IMG/VR virus record: IMGVR_UViG_3300032318_001009
Location: 1 to 25,807 of that record
Strand: one strand, 5' to 3'
DNA from: a virus
Lineage: Duplodnaviria > Caudoviricetes
Length of the DNA: 25,807 nt
In this document: piece by piece, positions 17,002-24,394 of the stretch
How the letters are laid out: the number at the start of each line of letters is the position of its first letter
How positions within the stretch are numbered: the first letter of the stretch is position 1
Position numbers and translations under genes: made by a program
Notes under the pieces: generated by a model
What the model was told of the DNA's origin: nothing
What the model saw: only the letters and a program-made list of their open reading frames with translations
Databases searched by the model: none

Positions 17002-17220
17002 ATGCGAGTTACAAAGACACACCACTTCATCGACGGCGACTTTGGTTATTATGCTGATTGGTGGGACACCGACGACATCTGGTGGGACAAGCAGGGCGAC
17101 AAGGAGCCGACCGCAGAAGACATCAAAGAGGCGCGGTTTCATTGGTCCCTTGATGGACACGACGAGGCTTTGGCGGCAGCGCACAAGGCCAGACTTTACC
17201 CAGACGCAAAGGAGGCGTGA
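17002..17220 (+). CDS. Small acidic Trp-rich hypothetical protein
   Basis: ATG 17002 after GGAG; 72 aa. Confidence 0.7.
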   Translation: MRVTKTHHFIDGDFGYYADWWDTDDIWWDKQGDKEPTAEDIKEARFHWSLDGHDEALAAAHKARLYPDAKEA

Positions 17221-17221
17221 G

Positions 17222-17827
17222 ATGACCAGGGTTATTATTGAGGTGAAGCCAAACGACGCCGCACGGGAGTATGCGGCAAACACCGACGGCGTTGAGGTAT
17301 ATGACGACAGGATCGTCTTGGACGGGATGGCGCAGCACATCAGGGACGCCATAAATGCCTTGGCCCGCATCGGCATGATCGAAAAGCCAAAGCCGCCACG
17401 GGCAGTGTTTTTTATCCGCGACCCAGACGGTAAGCGTCACCAGCGGATTTCCGACAGGAACGTTTATGCATACGCCGTGGTGTCAAAGTTTAACCGAGAC
17501 AGCGAGATCAAACAAATCGCTGACCATTACTCAAGCAAGAGAGTATTGATGGCAGAGTACGAGTGGCGCGTGAATTGTTTTGAAAGTGATGATTTGTTGC
17601 GTATAAAAATTGGCGCTGATTTGCTTGAGCCATACGACGACTTTGATGATTTCTGTGCAAAGTGGCCAGCCGTGTGCGTTAAGCATCACGAAGAGAAAAT
17701 CAAAGACATCAAGGGGTACAAAGTTTCGTTTTACACAAACATTGGGAGAGCCGAGAGGGCGGCAGCCGCTCTTCCAAAATATCATTACACCCATGTTGCA
17801 ACTTTAGAAACTGAGCAAGAGGGCTGA
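17222..17827 (+). CDS. Hypothetical protein
   Basis: ATG 17222 after AGGAGG; 201 aa. Confidence 0.75.
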   Translation: MTRVIIEVKPNDAAREYAANTDGVEVYDDRIVLDGMAQHIRDAINALARIGMIEKPKPPRAVFFIRDPDGKRHQRISDRNVYAYAVVSKFNRDSEIKQIADHYSSKRVLMAEYEWRVNCFESDDLLRIKIGADLLEPYDDFDDFCAKWPAVCVKHHEEKIKDIKGYKVSFYTNIGRAERAAAALPKYHYTHVATLETEQEG

Positions 17828-17828
17828 G

Positions 17829-18017
17829 ATGGCTAAGTGGGAATTACGGTTCACCGAGGAGCAGGCGCGGAGGGTGGCGGAGAAATTGTTTCCCGAATGT
17901 ATGCCGCCAGAAGTTTGCCCGTATGGGGAGGTGGGGTACTGCGATGCCTGCCAAGAAGATGCAGACGGGTGGGATACACGGGTTCAGGAGGTCTGGGCGG
18001 CATTGGAGGCCATATAG
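17829..18017 (+). CDS. Small Cys-containing hypothetical protein
   Basis: 62 aa with C-x5-C-x7-CxxC; GAGG RBS. Confidence 0.65.
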   Translation: MAKWELRFTEEQARRVAEKLFPECMPPEVCPYGEVGYCDACQEDADGWDTRVQEVWAALEAI

Positions 18018-18031
18018 CGAGTAGTTAGTGG

Positions 18032-18063
18032 AGTGCGTAGTGGGGGTCTGCTACGCACTTTTT
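18032..18063 (+). terminator. Intrinsic terminator
   Basis: AGTGCGTAG-N10-CTACGCACT followed by a T-run, 15 nt after the stop. Confidence 0.65.
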
Positions 18064-18064
18064 C

Positions 18065-18330
18065 ATGCTTAAGTTATTGAATGCAAACGATATTACGGAG
18101 GGTAATTAGTAGTTAGAGTGGATAGTGTATAGTATACACATATACACAGATACATAGATAGGGAGGTACCCCCCCCCTATATAAAGAAAAAGGAAGAAGA
18201 AGAGAAATATATATATATATATACTATATACTATATACACTATATACTATCTATATTTTTTATATTTATCAATGACTTAGGTATCAAAAAGTTCTTAGTG
18301 ACCACTACACTATAAAGTCACTATCCACTT
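18065..18330. other. AT-rich non-coding element, putative replication origin
   Basis: The only long ORF-free gap. (TA)n tract at about 18207-18222, TAGT repeats on the left and ACTA repeats on the right, inverted 11-mer AGTGGATAGTG/CACTATCCACT, and IHF-consensus-like sites. Confidence 0.55.
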
Positions 18331-18335
18331 TTTGC

Positions 18336-18370
18336 TTGTAATGCCTGTTGTTGATGTTATTGAGGTCACA
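18336..18370 (+). promoter_or_regulatory. Early-type promoter
   Basis: TTGTAA-16-TATTGA-GGTCACA. Shares ATGTTAYTGAGKTCACA with the promoter at 19993. Confidence 0.5.
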
Positions 18371-18396
18371 TCTGAAACACAAACTGGAGAGAAAAC

Positions 18397-18708
18397 ATGA
18401 CGAAATACGCAAACATGATCGGCTGGACCGACATCCACCCCCACGAGGTGATCCGCGTGGTGAATGAAAAATTGCTTGAAGTGCGCGAGATGGCGGCGGT
18501 CGAACTGGAGTGGGAGAAGAAATTCTTCGGCGGTGGGTTCCTTGGCAACGTGGCCAATGGCGAGGATCAGCGGTGGGAAATCACCCCGAACACTGACGGC
18601 CTTGTGATCCGCATCCGACAGCGCAAGGATGGCAAGTGGTATGACCGCAATGGCGACCGCTACGTGGTGTCCGACGAGCCTCGTCGGTTTTACGATTACA
18701 ACTTTTAA
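18397..18708 (+). CDS. Conserved-looking hypothetical phage protein (ends 'PRRFYDYNF')
   Basis: GGAG RBS; 103 aa; strong GC3 bias. Confidence 0.8.
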   Translation: MTKYANMIGWTDIHPHEVIRVVNEKLLEVREMAAVELEWEKKFFGGGFLGNVANGEDQRWEITPNTDGLVIRIRQRKDGKWYDRNGDRYVVSDEPRRFYDYNF

Positions 18709-18723
18709 TTGGGAGTGAGTAAA

Positions 18724-19068
18724 ATGGTTTTTCGACCCACAAAAAACAGCAAACCACTTGAGTTGCTTTTGGAACGTGAGCGCGCCACTCTTCTGGAGTG
18801 GCCCCACGGCTGGATAGTGCTGACCGAGAACGGCGTGTGGCAGCCGCAGGAGACAAAGCCAAACAAATTCGGCTTGGTGTACCGTGGCATTGAGCAGACA
18901 GTCAAAGTTTGGTGCAACGTGTACCAAGATGATGATCCCGCTAAGTTGGTCATGCGCAAACATCCAAGCCGTAAGGCTGCAGATGAAAGCGCGACTGACA
19001 ACCGCATCGGCGTGGTGCGGATTGATTTAGTGGGTGGGGTTATTACTCTTCATTTGGAGGACTTGTGA
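18724..19068 (+). CDS. Hypothetical protein; C-terminal module paralogous to 24050-24394
   Basis: ATG 18724 after GGAG. 'WCNVY...SRK..D...RIGVVRID...HLEDL'. Confidence 0.75.
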   Translation: MVFRPTKNSKPLELLLERERATLLEWPHGWIVLTENGVWQPQETKPNKFGLVYRGIEQTVKVWCNVYQDDDPAKLVMRKHPSRKAADESATDNRIGVVRIDLVGGVITLHLEDL

Positions 19069-19259
19069 TGGATAAAAATATGCAGATTGAAGATGTATTT
19101 GATACAGAAGTGGAGTGGGACGGAGAATCAATAACAATTTTTCAATGGGATGAAAATGAGGGTTCACGCGATATGATATTGATGTTGGATAGGGACCATG
19201 CTCAAAAAATTATCGTCGCGATCAAACACGCGGCAAATGAAAACGGGTGGGACATCTGA
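19065..19259 (+). CDS. Small acidic hypothetical protein
   Basis: GGAGG RBS; GTGA overlap (alternative start ATG 19068). Confidence 0.7.
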   Translation: MMDKNMQIEDVFDTEVEWDGESITIFQWDENEGSRDMILMLDRDHAQKIIVAIKHAANENGWDI

Positions 19260-19378
19260 TGTCCGCCGAACTGGTGATGTTCATGCGGTGGATTGGGCTG
19301 CTGGAGACAGCGGCCCAGCCTTCCCCAGCGCCCAACATGTGTGGTATCTGGTATGACGATGGGGATGTACCGTTTTGA
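19259..19378 (+). CDS. 39-aa peptide, not in ORF track, ending WYDDGDVPF
   Basis: TGATG overlap with the upstream stop and TTGA overlap with the Mom-like start. Confidence 0.65.
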   Translation: MSAELVMFMRWIGLLETAAQPSPAPNMCGIWYDDGDVPF

Positions 19379-19983
19379 CAGTCAAGCGGATCACGCGGGC
19401 GGAGTGCGAGAGGCTGGTGGTGGGAGTGCATTACGCCCACCGCTGGCCCTCGATCAGTTATGCCTTTGGGCTGTTCAGAGACGGCGCACTGGTGGGCTGT
19501 GTGACCTATGGCACCCCAGCTTCCAGCCCACTGCGCAATGGCATCGCTGGTGCCGATTTTGCGGGGTCCGTGTTGGAATTAAACCGTTTGGTGCTGGATC
19601 AAAACATCAAGAACGATGCGTCGAGGCTTGTGTCGGCCAGCATGCGGATGATCGGGGGCAACCACATCGTGATCTCGTTTGCTGACACCGAGCAGGGCCA
19701 CCGTGGCGTGGTGTATCAGGCGTGCAGCTTCACCTACCACGGCTTATCGGCCAAGCGCACCAATTGGGCGGTCAAGGGCATGGAGCATCTGCATGGTATC
19801 ACCATCGCGGATCAGTTTCGTGGCGTGCCGAATCGGGCGCAGGCCATGCGTGACAAATACGGCGATGATTTCTATTTGGCCCCACGGCCACGTAAGCATC
19901 GGTACATCAAGATTATCGGGTCACGTGGTTTCCGCGCCAAGGCCGAGCGGGCGATCAAGTACGAGCGAATGCCGTATCCGTAA
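19375..19983 (+). CDS. Mom-family (GNAT-fold) DNA adenine modification protein
   Basis: 'HYAH', 'FGLF...LVG.VTYGTP', 'LELNRL', 'N.AS.L...S', 'VISFADTEQGH.G.VYQA..F.Y.G', 'RKHRYI'. TTG start coupled to the upstream peptide. Confidence 0.8.
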   Translation: MTVKRITRAECERLVVGVHYAHRWPSISYAFGLFRDGALVGCVTYGTPASSPLRNGIAGADFAGSVLELNRLVLDQNIKNDASRLVSASMRMIGGNHIVISFADTEQGHRGVVYQACSFTYHGLSAKRTNWAVKGMEHLHGITIADQFRGVPNRAQAMRDKYGDDFYLAPRPRKHRYIKIIGSRGFRAKAERAIKYERMPYP

Positions 19984-20028
19984 AAATAGTTGTTGCTGGC
20001 CCCGATGGGGCATGTTACTGAGTTCACA
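19983..20028 (+). promoter_or_regulatory. Early-type promoter
   Basis: AAAATAGTTG-TTGCTG-17-TACTGA-GTTCACA. GCCCC-GAT-GGGGC inverted repeat in the spacer. Confidence 0.55.
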
Positions 20029-20049
20029 CGGGTTATATGGAGAATGAAC

Positions 20050-20592
20050 ATGAGCGATATATTTGATAGCTGGAGTGAGGATGCTTTGCGCGAGAGTTGG
20101 GCCGAGGATATCAAGGCGGCAAACCTCACGCAGTCACTGGATTATGATATGCGTTTTATGATGAACGCATTCTGGCACAAATCACGGAAAGAATTTGTGA
20201 TGTGGACGGCGGGAGAGTTGAGCCGCCGACTGGGCCTCGCGCCACGGTCAGCAACTCTCTCACTGGCTCTGATGTGCCGTAAGGGCGTGGCCAAGCCAAT
20301 CGGGCCGCAGGCCGACCCAATGCAGCGTGTGTACTTCCTGACCGAGTTGGGCGAAGACATCGCACGGGCGTCCCTGCAGCGCAGCGGCGTGATCGAGCCA
20401 TACATGACCAAGGAAGAGTTTAAGGAGACGCGCAGGAAAATGCAGCTTACGCGCAGCGACTTGTCGTTTGCCCTTGGCATGCACGTACACTCGGTGATGA
20501 ATTATGAAATGGGGCGTATGGCTGTCCCGTTTAATGTGGCGCAGAAGATGAAGACAAAGCTGCGCCGCTCGGTTGCCCTGACCAGCGGGTAA
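20050..20592 (+). CDS. Two-domain DNA-binding protein (winged-helix-like plus XRE HTH); candidate late regulator
   Basis: 'TAGELSRRLGL...L..M.RKGV...VYFLTELG' and 'MTKEEFKETRRKMQLTRSDLSFALGMH..SV.NYEMGR..VP'. GGAG RBS. Confidence 0.75.
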   Translation: MSDIFDSWSEDALRESWAEDIKAANLTQSLDYDMRFMMNAFWHKSRKEFVMWTAGELSRRLGLAPRSATLSLALMCRKGVAKPIGPQADPMQRVYFLTELGEDIARASLQRSGVIEPYMTKEEFKETRRKMQLTRSDLSFALGMHVHSVMNYEMGRMAVPFNVAQKMKTKLRRSVALTSG

Positions 20593-20693
20593 ACGCTGGC
20601 GGTCAGGTGTGAGAGCCGCGCCATTTTGACGGCGCAATCCACATCAGCGCGGCGAGGTGTAAAAACTCCCCACTGAGGCCGCGCACCCTCAAC

Positions 20694-20752
20694 TGGACTG
20701 TTGGGCCTGCACATGCTATATTGCCGCCATCCCATAAATGAGGTGGCGGCGA
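20694..20752 (+). promoter_or_regulatory. Promoter for the terminase operon plus an RBS-sequestering hairpin
   Basis: TGGACT-17-TATATT with extended TG. TTGCCGCCATC (20721-20731) pairs with GGTGGCGGCGA (20742-20752), covering the SD. Confidence 0.6.
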
Positions 20753-21237
20753 TGCCTGTTATGTTTGATATGACCGATGAACTGTTTGATGAAATCTGTG
20801 AGCGGATGGTGACGGGTGAGAGTGTCCGAACTATTTGCAAAGATGAACACATGCCAGCTATTAGCACGCTGATGAAAATTTTGAACGCCGACCCTGATCG
20901 TTCGGCGCAATATGCGCGTGCAATGCAGATGCGGGCCGATGCGATGTTCGAGGAAATCATGGATATCTCTGACGACGGCACCAATGATTTCATGCTGCGC
21001 AACTCGGAAGACCCGACATCGGTGGTGCTGAATGGTGAGCATGTGCAGCGCAGCAAGCTTCGGGTTGACTCGCGCAAGTGGGCGCTGGGCCGCATGAATC
21101 CCAAGAAATACGGCGACAAGACATTCCTCGGCGGCGTTGAGGATGCGCCCATCAAGGTGCAGAACACCATCGACGTGTCTAATCTGTCCCTTGAGGAACT
21201 GGAGACGCTGGAAAAAATTCTTGATGTCAGTAATTAA
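20752..21237 (+). CDS. terS: Terminase small subunit (Sf6 gp1-like)
   Basis: 'ICERM..GESVR.IC....MP..ST', 'QYARA...RAD...EEI.DI.D', 'VQRSKLRVDSRKW...RMNPKKYGDK'. Confidence 0.92.
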   Translation: MPVMFDMTDELFDEICERMVTGESVRTICKDEHMPAISTLMKILNADPDRSAQYARAMQMRADAMFEEIMDISDDGTNDFMLRNSEDPTSVVLNGEHVQRSKLRVDSRKWALGRMNPKKYGDKTFLGGVEDAPIKVQNTIDVSNLSLEELETLEKILDVSN

Positions 21238-22864
21238 GCTTCCGTTTGCCATTGACGCGGTGGCGCAGCGCAAGGTGATCGAGAAGCGGCGCTGCGAGAT
21301 ATCGCTGGCGGCGTTCGTCAAGGCCGCGTGGCACGTCATCGAGCCTGAGCAGCCCTACGTCCACGGCTGGCACATCGACTTCATCTGCGCGCACCTTGAG
21401 GCCATCACAAGCGGCTTGATCTTGGACGACGGGACGTATTACAACCGCCTGCTGACCAACGTGCCGCCAGGCACCATGAAGTCGCTGCTGGTGGGCGTGT
21501 TCTGGCCCGCGTGGGAATGGGGTCCGAAGAACATGCCGTCGATGCGGTATGTATGCGCCTCGCACAGCCTTGAACTCGCGCTGCGTGACAGTCTGCGGAT
21601 GCGTCGATTGGTCAGCGACGAATGGTATCAGGGACACTGGGGCGACCGCGTCAAACTTGTGGGTGACCAGAACGCCAAGGGCAAGTTTGAGACAACCGCC
21701 ACAGGATCGCGGCAGGCGTGCGCCTTCACGGGCATCACAGGCTACCGTGGCGACCGCGTGATCATCGACGATCCGCACTCGGTGGATGACGCAAACTCGG
21801 ACGCCAAGCGTCAGTCTGTCACGCAGTTGTTCAAAGAGGCCGTCACGTCTCGCCTCAACAATCCCGACAAATCCGCCATCGTGGTGGTGATGCAGCGACT
21901 GCACGAACAGGACGTGTCTGGCATCATCCTCGACGCGGGTGGCATGGGTTATGACCACATCATGCTTCCGATGCGGTACGACCCGCTGCGGGCGCAGCCG
22001 ACGATGCTGGGATATGAAGACCCCCGCGAAGACGATGGCGAGTTGTTGTTCCCAGACCGCTTCCCTATGCATGTGGTGGAGCGCGACGAGGCTGCGATGG
22101 GGCCGTATGCAACGGCAGGCCAGTATGCGCAGTCCCCAGAGCCACGGGGCGGCGGGATCGTGCAGGACGCTTGGTGGCAACTGTGGGATCGGCCAGAGTA
22201 TCCGCCCATCGAATACATCGTGGCATCGCTGGACACCGCCTACACCTTAAAGGCCGAAAACGACCCGTCGGCGCTGACAATCTGGGGCGTCTTCGGCGGC
22301 AGTTCTGATTCGGCGGCCACCAGATCGGTGGACCGATACGGGCGGCAGATGGACATCACCCGCAGCTTTCAGTCGTCGTCGCTCGGACCCGTTCCGAAGG
22401 CCATGCTGATGTACGCGTGGCAGGGCAAGCTTGAGGTGCATGACCTGACCGAGAAGGTGGCCGACATGTGCAAGCGCATGAAGGTCGATGTGTTGCTGAT
22501 CGAGAACAAGGCGGCGGGACACTCGGTGGCGCAGGAGATGCGGCGTCTGTTTGGCAATGAGGATTTCAGCGTCCAGATGTATGACCCCAAGACCCTCGAC
22601 AAGGTGGCACGCCTGTATTCGGTGCAGCACATATTCAGCGAGGGCATGGTCTTCGCACCCGATAAAGACTGGGCCGAGATGGTTATCAGGCAGACATCAT
22701 CCTTCCCTCGCGGAAAGCATGACGATCTTGTGGATACCGTGAGTATGGCCTTGAAACACTTGCGGGATGTGGGTATGCTTACACGAGCCGCAGAACGAAT
22801 GGCTGAAATCGAGGGCAGCAAGAATTTCCACGGGAACGGGGACGTGCCGCTCTACAACGTATGA
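21224..22864 (+). CDS. terL: Terminase large subunit
   Basis: Walker A variant 'NVPPGTMKS', Walker B 'VIIDDP', 'VVVMQRLHE', 'GQY.Q.P', RNase H 'SLDTA', 'IENKAAG', 'FP.GKHDDLVD'. Start assigned to ATG 21224. Confidence 0.95.
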   Translation: MSVIKLPFAIDAVAQRKVIEKRRCEISLAAFVKAAWHVIEPEQPYVHGWHIDFICAHLEAITSGLILDDGTYYNRLLTNVPPGTMKSLLVGVFWPAWEWGPKNMPSMRYVCASHSLELALRDSLRMRRLVSDEWYQGHWGDRVKLVGDQNAKGKFETTATGSRQACAFTGITGYRGDRVIIDDPHSVDDANSDAKRQSVTQLFKEAVTSRLNNPDKSAIVVVMQRLHEQDVSGIILDAGGMGYDHIMLPMRYDPLRAQPTMLGYEDPREDDGELLFPDRFPMHVVERDEAAMGPYATAGQYAQSPEPRGGGIVQDAWWQLWDRPEYPPIEYIVASLDTAYTLKAENDPSALTIWGVFGGSSDSAATRSVDRYGRQMDITRSFQSSSLGPVPKAMLMYAWQGKLEVHDLTEKVADMCKRMKVDVLLIENKAAGHSVAQEMRRLFGNEDFSVQMYDPKTLDKVARLYSVQHIFSEGMVFAPDKDWAEMVIRQTSSFPRGKHDDLVDTVSMALKHLRDVGMLTRAAERMAEIEGSKNFHGNGDVPLYNV

Positions 22865-22874
22865 TGGAGATATT

Positions 22875-23108
22875 ATGGACGACATCAATAAAATAACCGA
22901 TATGGCCGAGTCCATGGGGATTATGGCGCTTAAGTATGGCGAGGAAAACGGCCTAACTGACAATGAAATGATGAACGCAATGCTTGTTTCCACCGTCATC
23001 ATGGCTTTTGCCTTGAAGAAGGATGGTGCGGACCTTGCCAATCTTAAGACCAGCTTGGTCGATGCGGTGGCCGAACTGTTTGATCAGACAGTGAGGGAGC
23101 AAAAATGA
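22875..23108 (+). CDS. Hypothetical helical protein
   Basis: ATG 22875 after GGAG; ATGA overlap downstream. Confidence 0.75.
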   Translation: MDDINKITDMAESMGIMALKYGEENGLTDNEMMNAMLVSTVIMAFALKKDGADLANLKTSLVDAVAELFDQTVREQK

Positions 23109-23368
23109 CCGACGCCATGAGACTGCTTGCCTCTAATATTGCGGACTTCATTATGGTCGAGGGCTTAAAAGGAAACTTTGAGACTTCTGACATCGTTGAA
23201 GCCGCAACCGTCGGGCTGGCCATAGTAACACTTAGTTTTTCAGTTGAGGGCCATGAGGCGGACACAATCCTTGATGTCATCGGGATGTTTCAGGAGGCGG
23301 GTGTTCATATGATTGAAGCAAAGAGGGGGGAAGCCGATGAGTCGGATTCTGTGCAACGCTACAATTGA
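23105..23368 (+). CDS. Hypothetical helical protein, possible distant paralogue of the upstream gene
   Basis: GGAG RBS; ATGA overlap. Confidence 0.7.
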   Translation: MTDAMRLLASNIADFIMVEGLKGNFETSDIVEAATVGLAIVTLSFSVEGHEADTILDVIGMFQEAGVHMIEAKRGEADESDSVQRYN

Positions 23369-23525
23369 CGGCGACACGGTGACGGTGGTGGGCGCGGGAG
23401 ATCACAGCGGGGTGACCCGCACCTACGTCATTGAGGGCGAGGACGAGACATCCATGGCGATGGAGGGCATCCGCCGCTTTGTCGAAGAGTTTGATGATGA
23501 TGTTGACTGGATTACACCAGTCTGA
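23337..23525 (+). CDS. Small acidic hypothetical protein (MSRILCNA...AMEGIRRFVEE)
   Basis: ATG 23337 after GAGGGGG. Confidence 0.7.
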   Translation: MSRILCNATIDGDTVTVVGAGDHSGVTRTYVIEGEDETSMAMEGIRRFVEEFDDDVDWITPV

Positions 23526-23531
23526 TAACTA
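23503..23531 (+). promoter_or_regulatory. Internal promoter for the insert between terL and portal
   Basis: TTGACT-17-TAACTA. GACTGG-N6-CCAGTC inverted repeat. Shares GATGTTGACnGG...GATAA with the 11291 promoter. Confidence 0.55.
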
Positions 23532-23563
23532 TGAGCTTCAACCATTAACATGAGGTATGAACT

Positions 23564-23899
23564 ATGGCTTTTTTTATGTGGAACCAGAACAATTCTGGCG
23601 GTCACTTTGTTGTCAATGACGACCTGACTTGGCGGGTAGTCATTGAATCGGACGACTATGAGCAAGCAGAAATTTACGCACTTGGAATTGGCGTTTATTA
23701 TGATGGCGTTGACGAGGGTCGTGACTGCCGTTGCTGCGGCGACCGCTGGTATGAGGGCCGAAAGTTGGACACCGAGGGTGAGCCGATGCTTGAATGGTTG
23801 CAAAAAGATGCCGACGATTACAGTTGGGAAAACCCAAGCGTCATCATCCACTACGCTGACGGCACCAAGGGAACCATTACGCGGGCGGTGAAGAAATGA
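23564..23899 (+). CDS. Phage protein with QNNSGG and DCxCCGDRW motifs (probably metal-binding)
   Basis: GAGGT RBS; recurrent phage family of unknown function. Confidence 0.8.
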   Translation: MAFFMWNQNNSGGHFVVNDDLTWRVVIESDDYEQAEIYALGIGVYYDGVDEGRDCRCCGDRWYEGRKLDTEGEPMLEWLQKDADDYSWENPSVIIHYADGTKGTITRAVKK

Positions 23900-24057
23900 G
23901 TGAAGAGGGAAAAGACATTTTTTTTAACATGGCAATGGTGGGGATCGTGCTGTGCAGCATAATCTTTCTTCTCAGCCCCAGTCCAATACAAATCTGTATC
24001 AAGGCTGGCTATGAGTGGCGCGGCGGCGACTGTGTGATGGGGGTGACCCATGACTGA
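23896..24057 (+). CDS. Small membrane-anchored protein, not in ORF track (53 aa)
   Basis: ATGA overlap. One hydrophobic helix followed by 'C.KAGYEWRGGDC'. Confidence 0.65.
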   Translation: MSEEGKDIFFNMAMVGIVLCSIIFLLSPSPIQICIKAGYEWRGGDCVMGVTHD

Positions 24058-24394
24058 CTTTGATCCAACAACAAACCTGATCCAGTATGCATTTTTGAAT
24101 GAGGACAGCAGGAAATCTCTTAAAAACTGGCCATGGGGCTGGGAGTTTTATAGCTTCCGTCAGGGGGGGTGGAGTTCTGTGGTTAGGTCTGCATGGTGCG
24201 ACGAGATAGTATACCGTGGCAAGCCTGCGCCTGCGGTGAAATCAATGTGGTGTAACATATATCCTAAAGGAACTACTGGTCTTTTTACTGATTCGCGCAA
24301 AGAAACAGACTCTTACGCCGAACCTCACCGCATCGCAGTCCTACGCATCGACACCTGCAATGGCGTATCCACAGCGCACTTGGAGGATGTGTGA
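24050..24394 (+). CDS. Hypothetical protein; C-terminal module paralogous to 18724-19068
   Basis: 'WCNIY...SRK..D...RIAVLRID...HLEDV'. Confidence 0.75.
   Translation: MTDFDPTTNLIQYAFLNEDSRKSLKNWPWGWEFYSFRQGGWSSVVRSAWCDEIVYRGKPAPAVKSMWCNIYPKGTTGLFTDSRKETDSYAEPHRIAVLRIDTCNGVSTAHLEDV

Noticed and set aside
18190-18260. TATATAC repeats as a CRISPR array or eukaryotic microsatellite
   Set aside because: No repeat-spacer periodicity and no cas genes. Better explained as part of the origin-like element.
19293-19685. 130-aa ORF overlapping mom, or a frameshifted ATG start for mom at 19365
   Set aside because: The TTG start is explained by TTGA coupling to the 39-aa peptide, and the alternative frame has no motifs.
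20600-20690. tRNA gene
   Set aside because: No TTC-containing T-loop or cloverleaf spacing. Kept only as a generic structured region.
20701-20718. Sigma54 promoter (GG-N10-GC) before terS
   Set aside because: Only the minimal dinucleotides match. The sigma70 TGGACT/TGnTATATT reading fits better.
21227-22180. 317-aa minus-strand ORF antisense to terL (also 20502-21170 and 20716-21339)
   Set aside because: Fully overlap clear terminase genes; low-complexity His/Arg/Val shadow translation.
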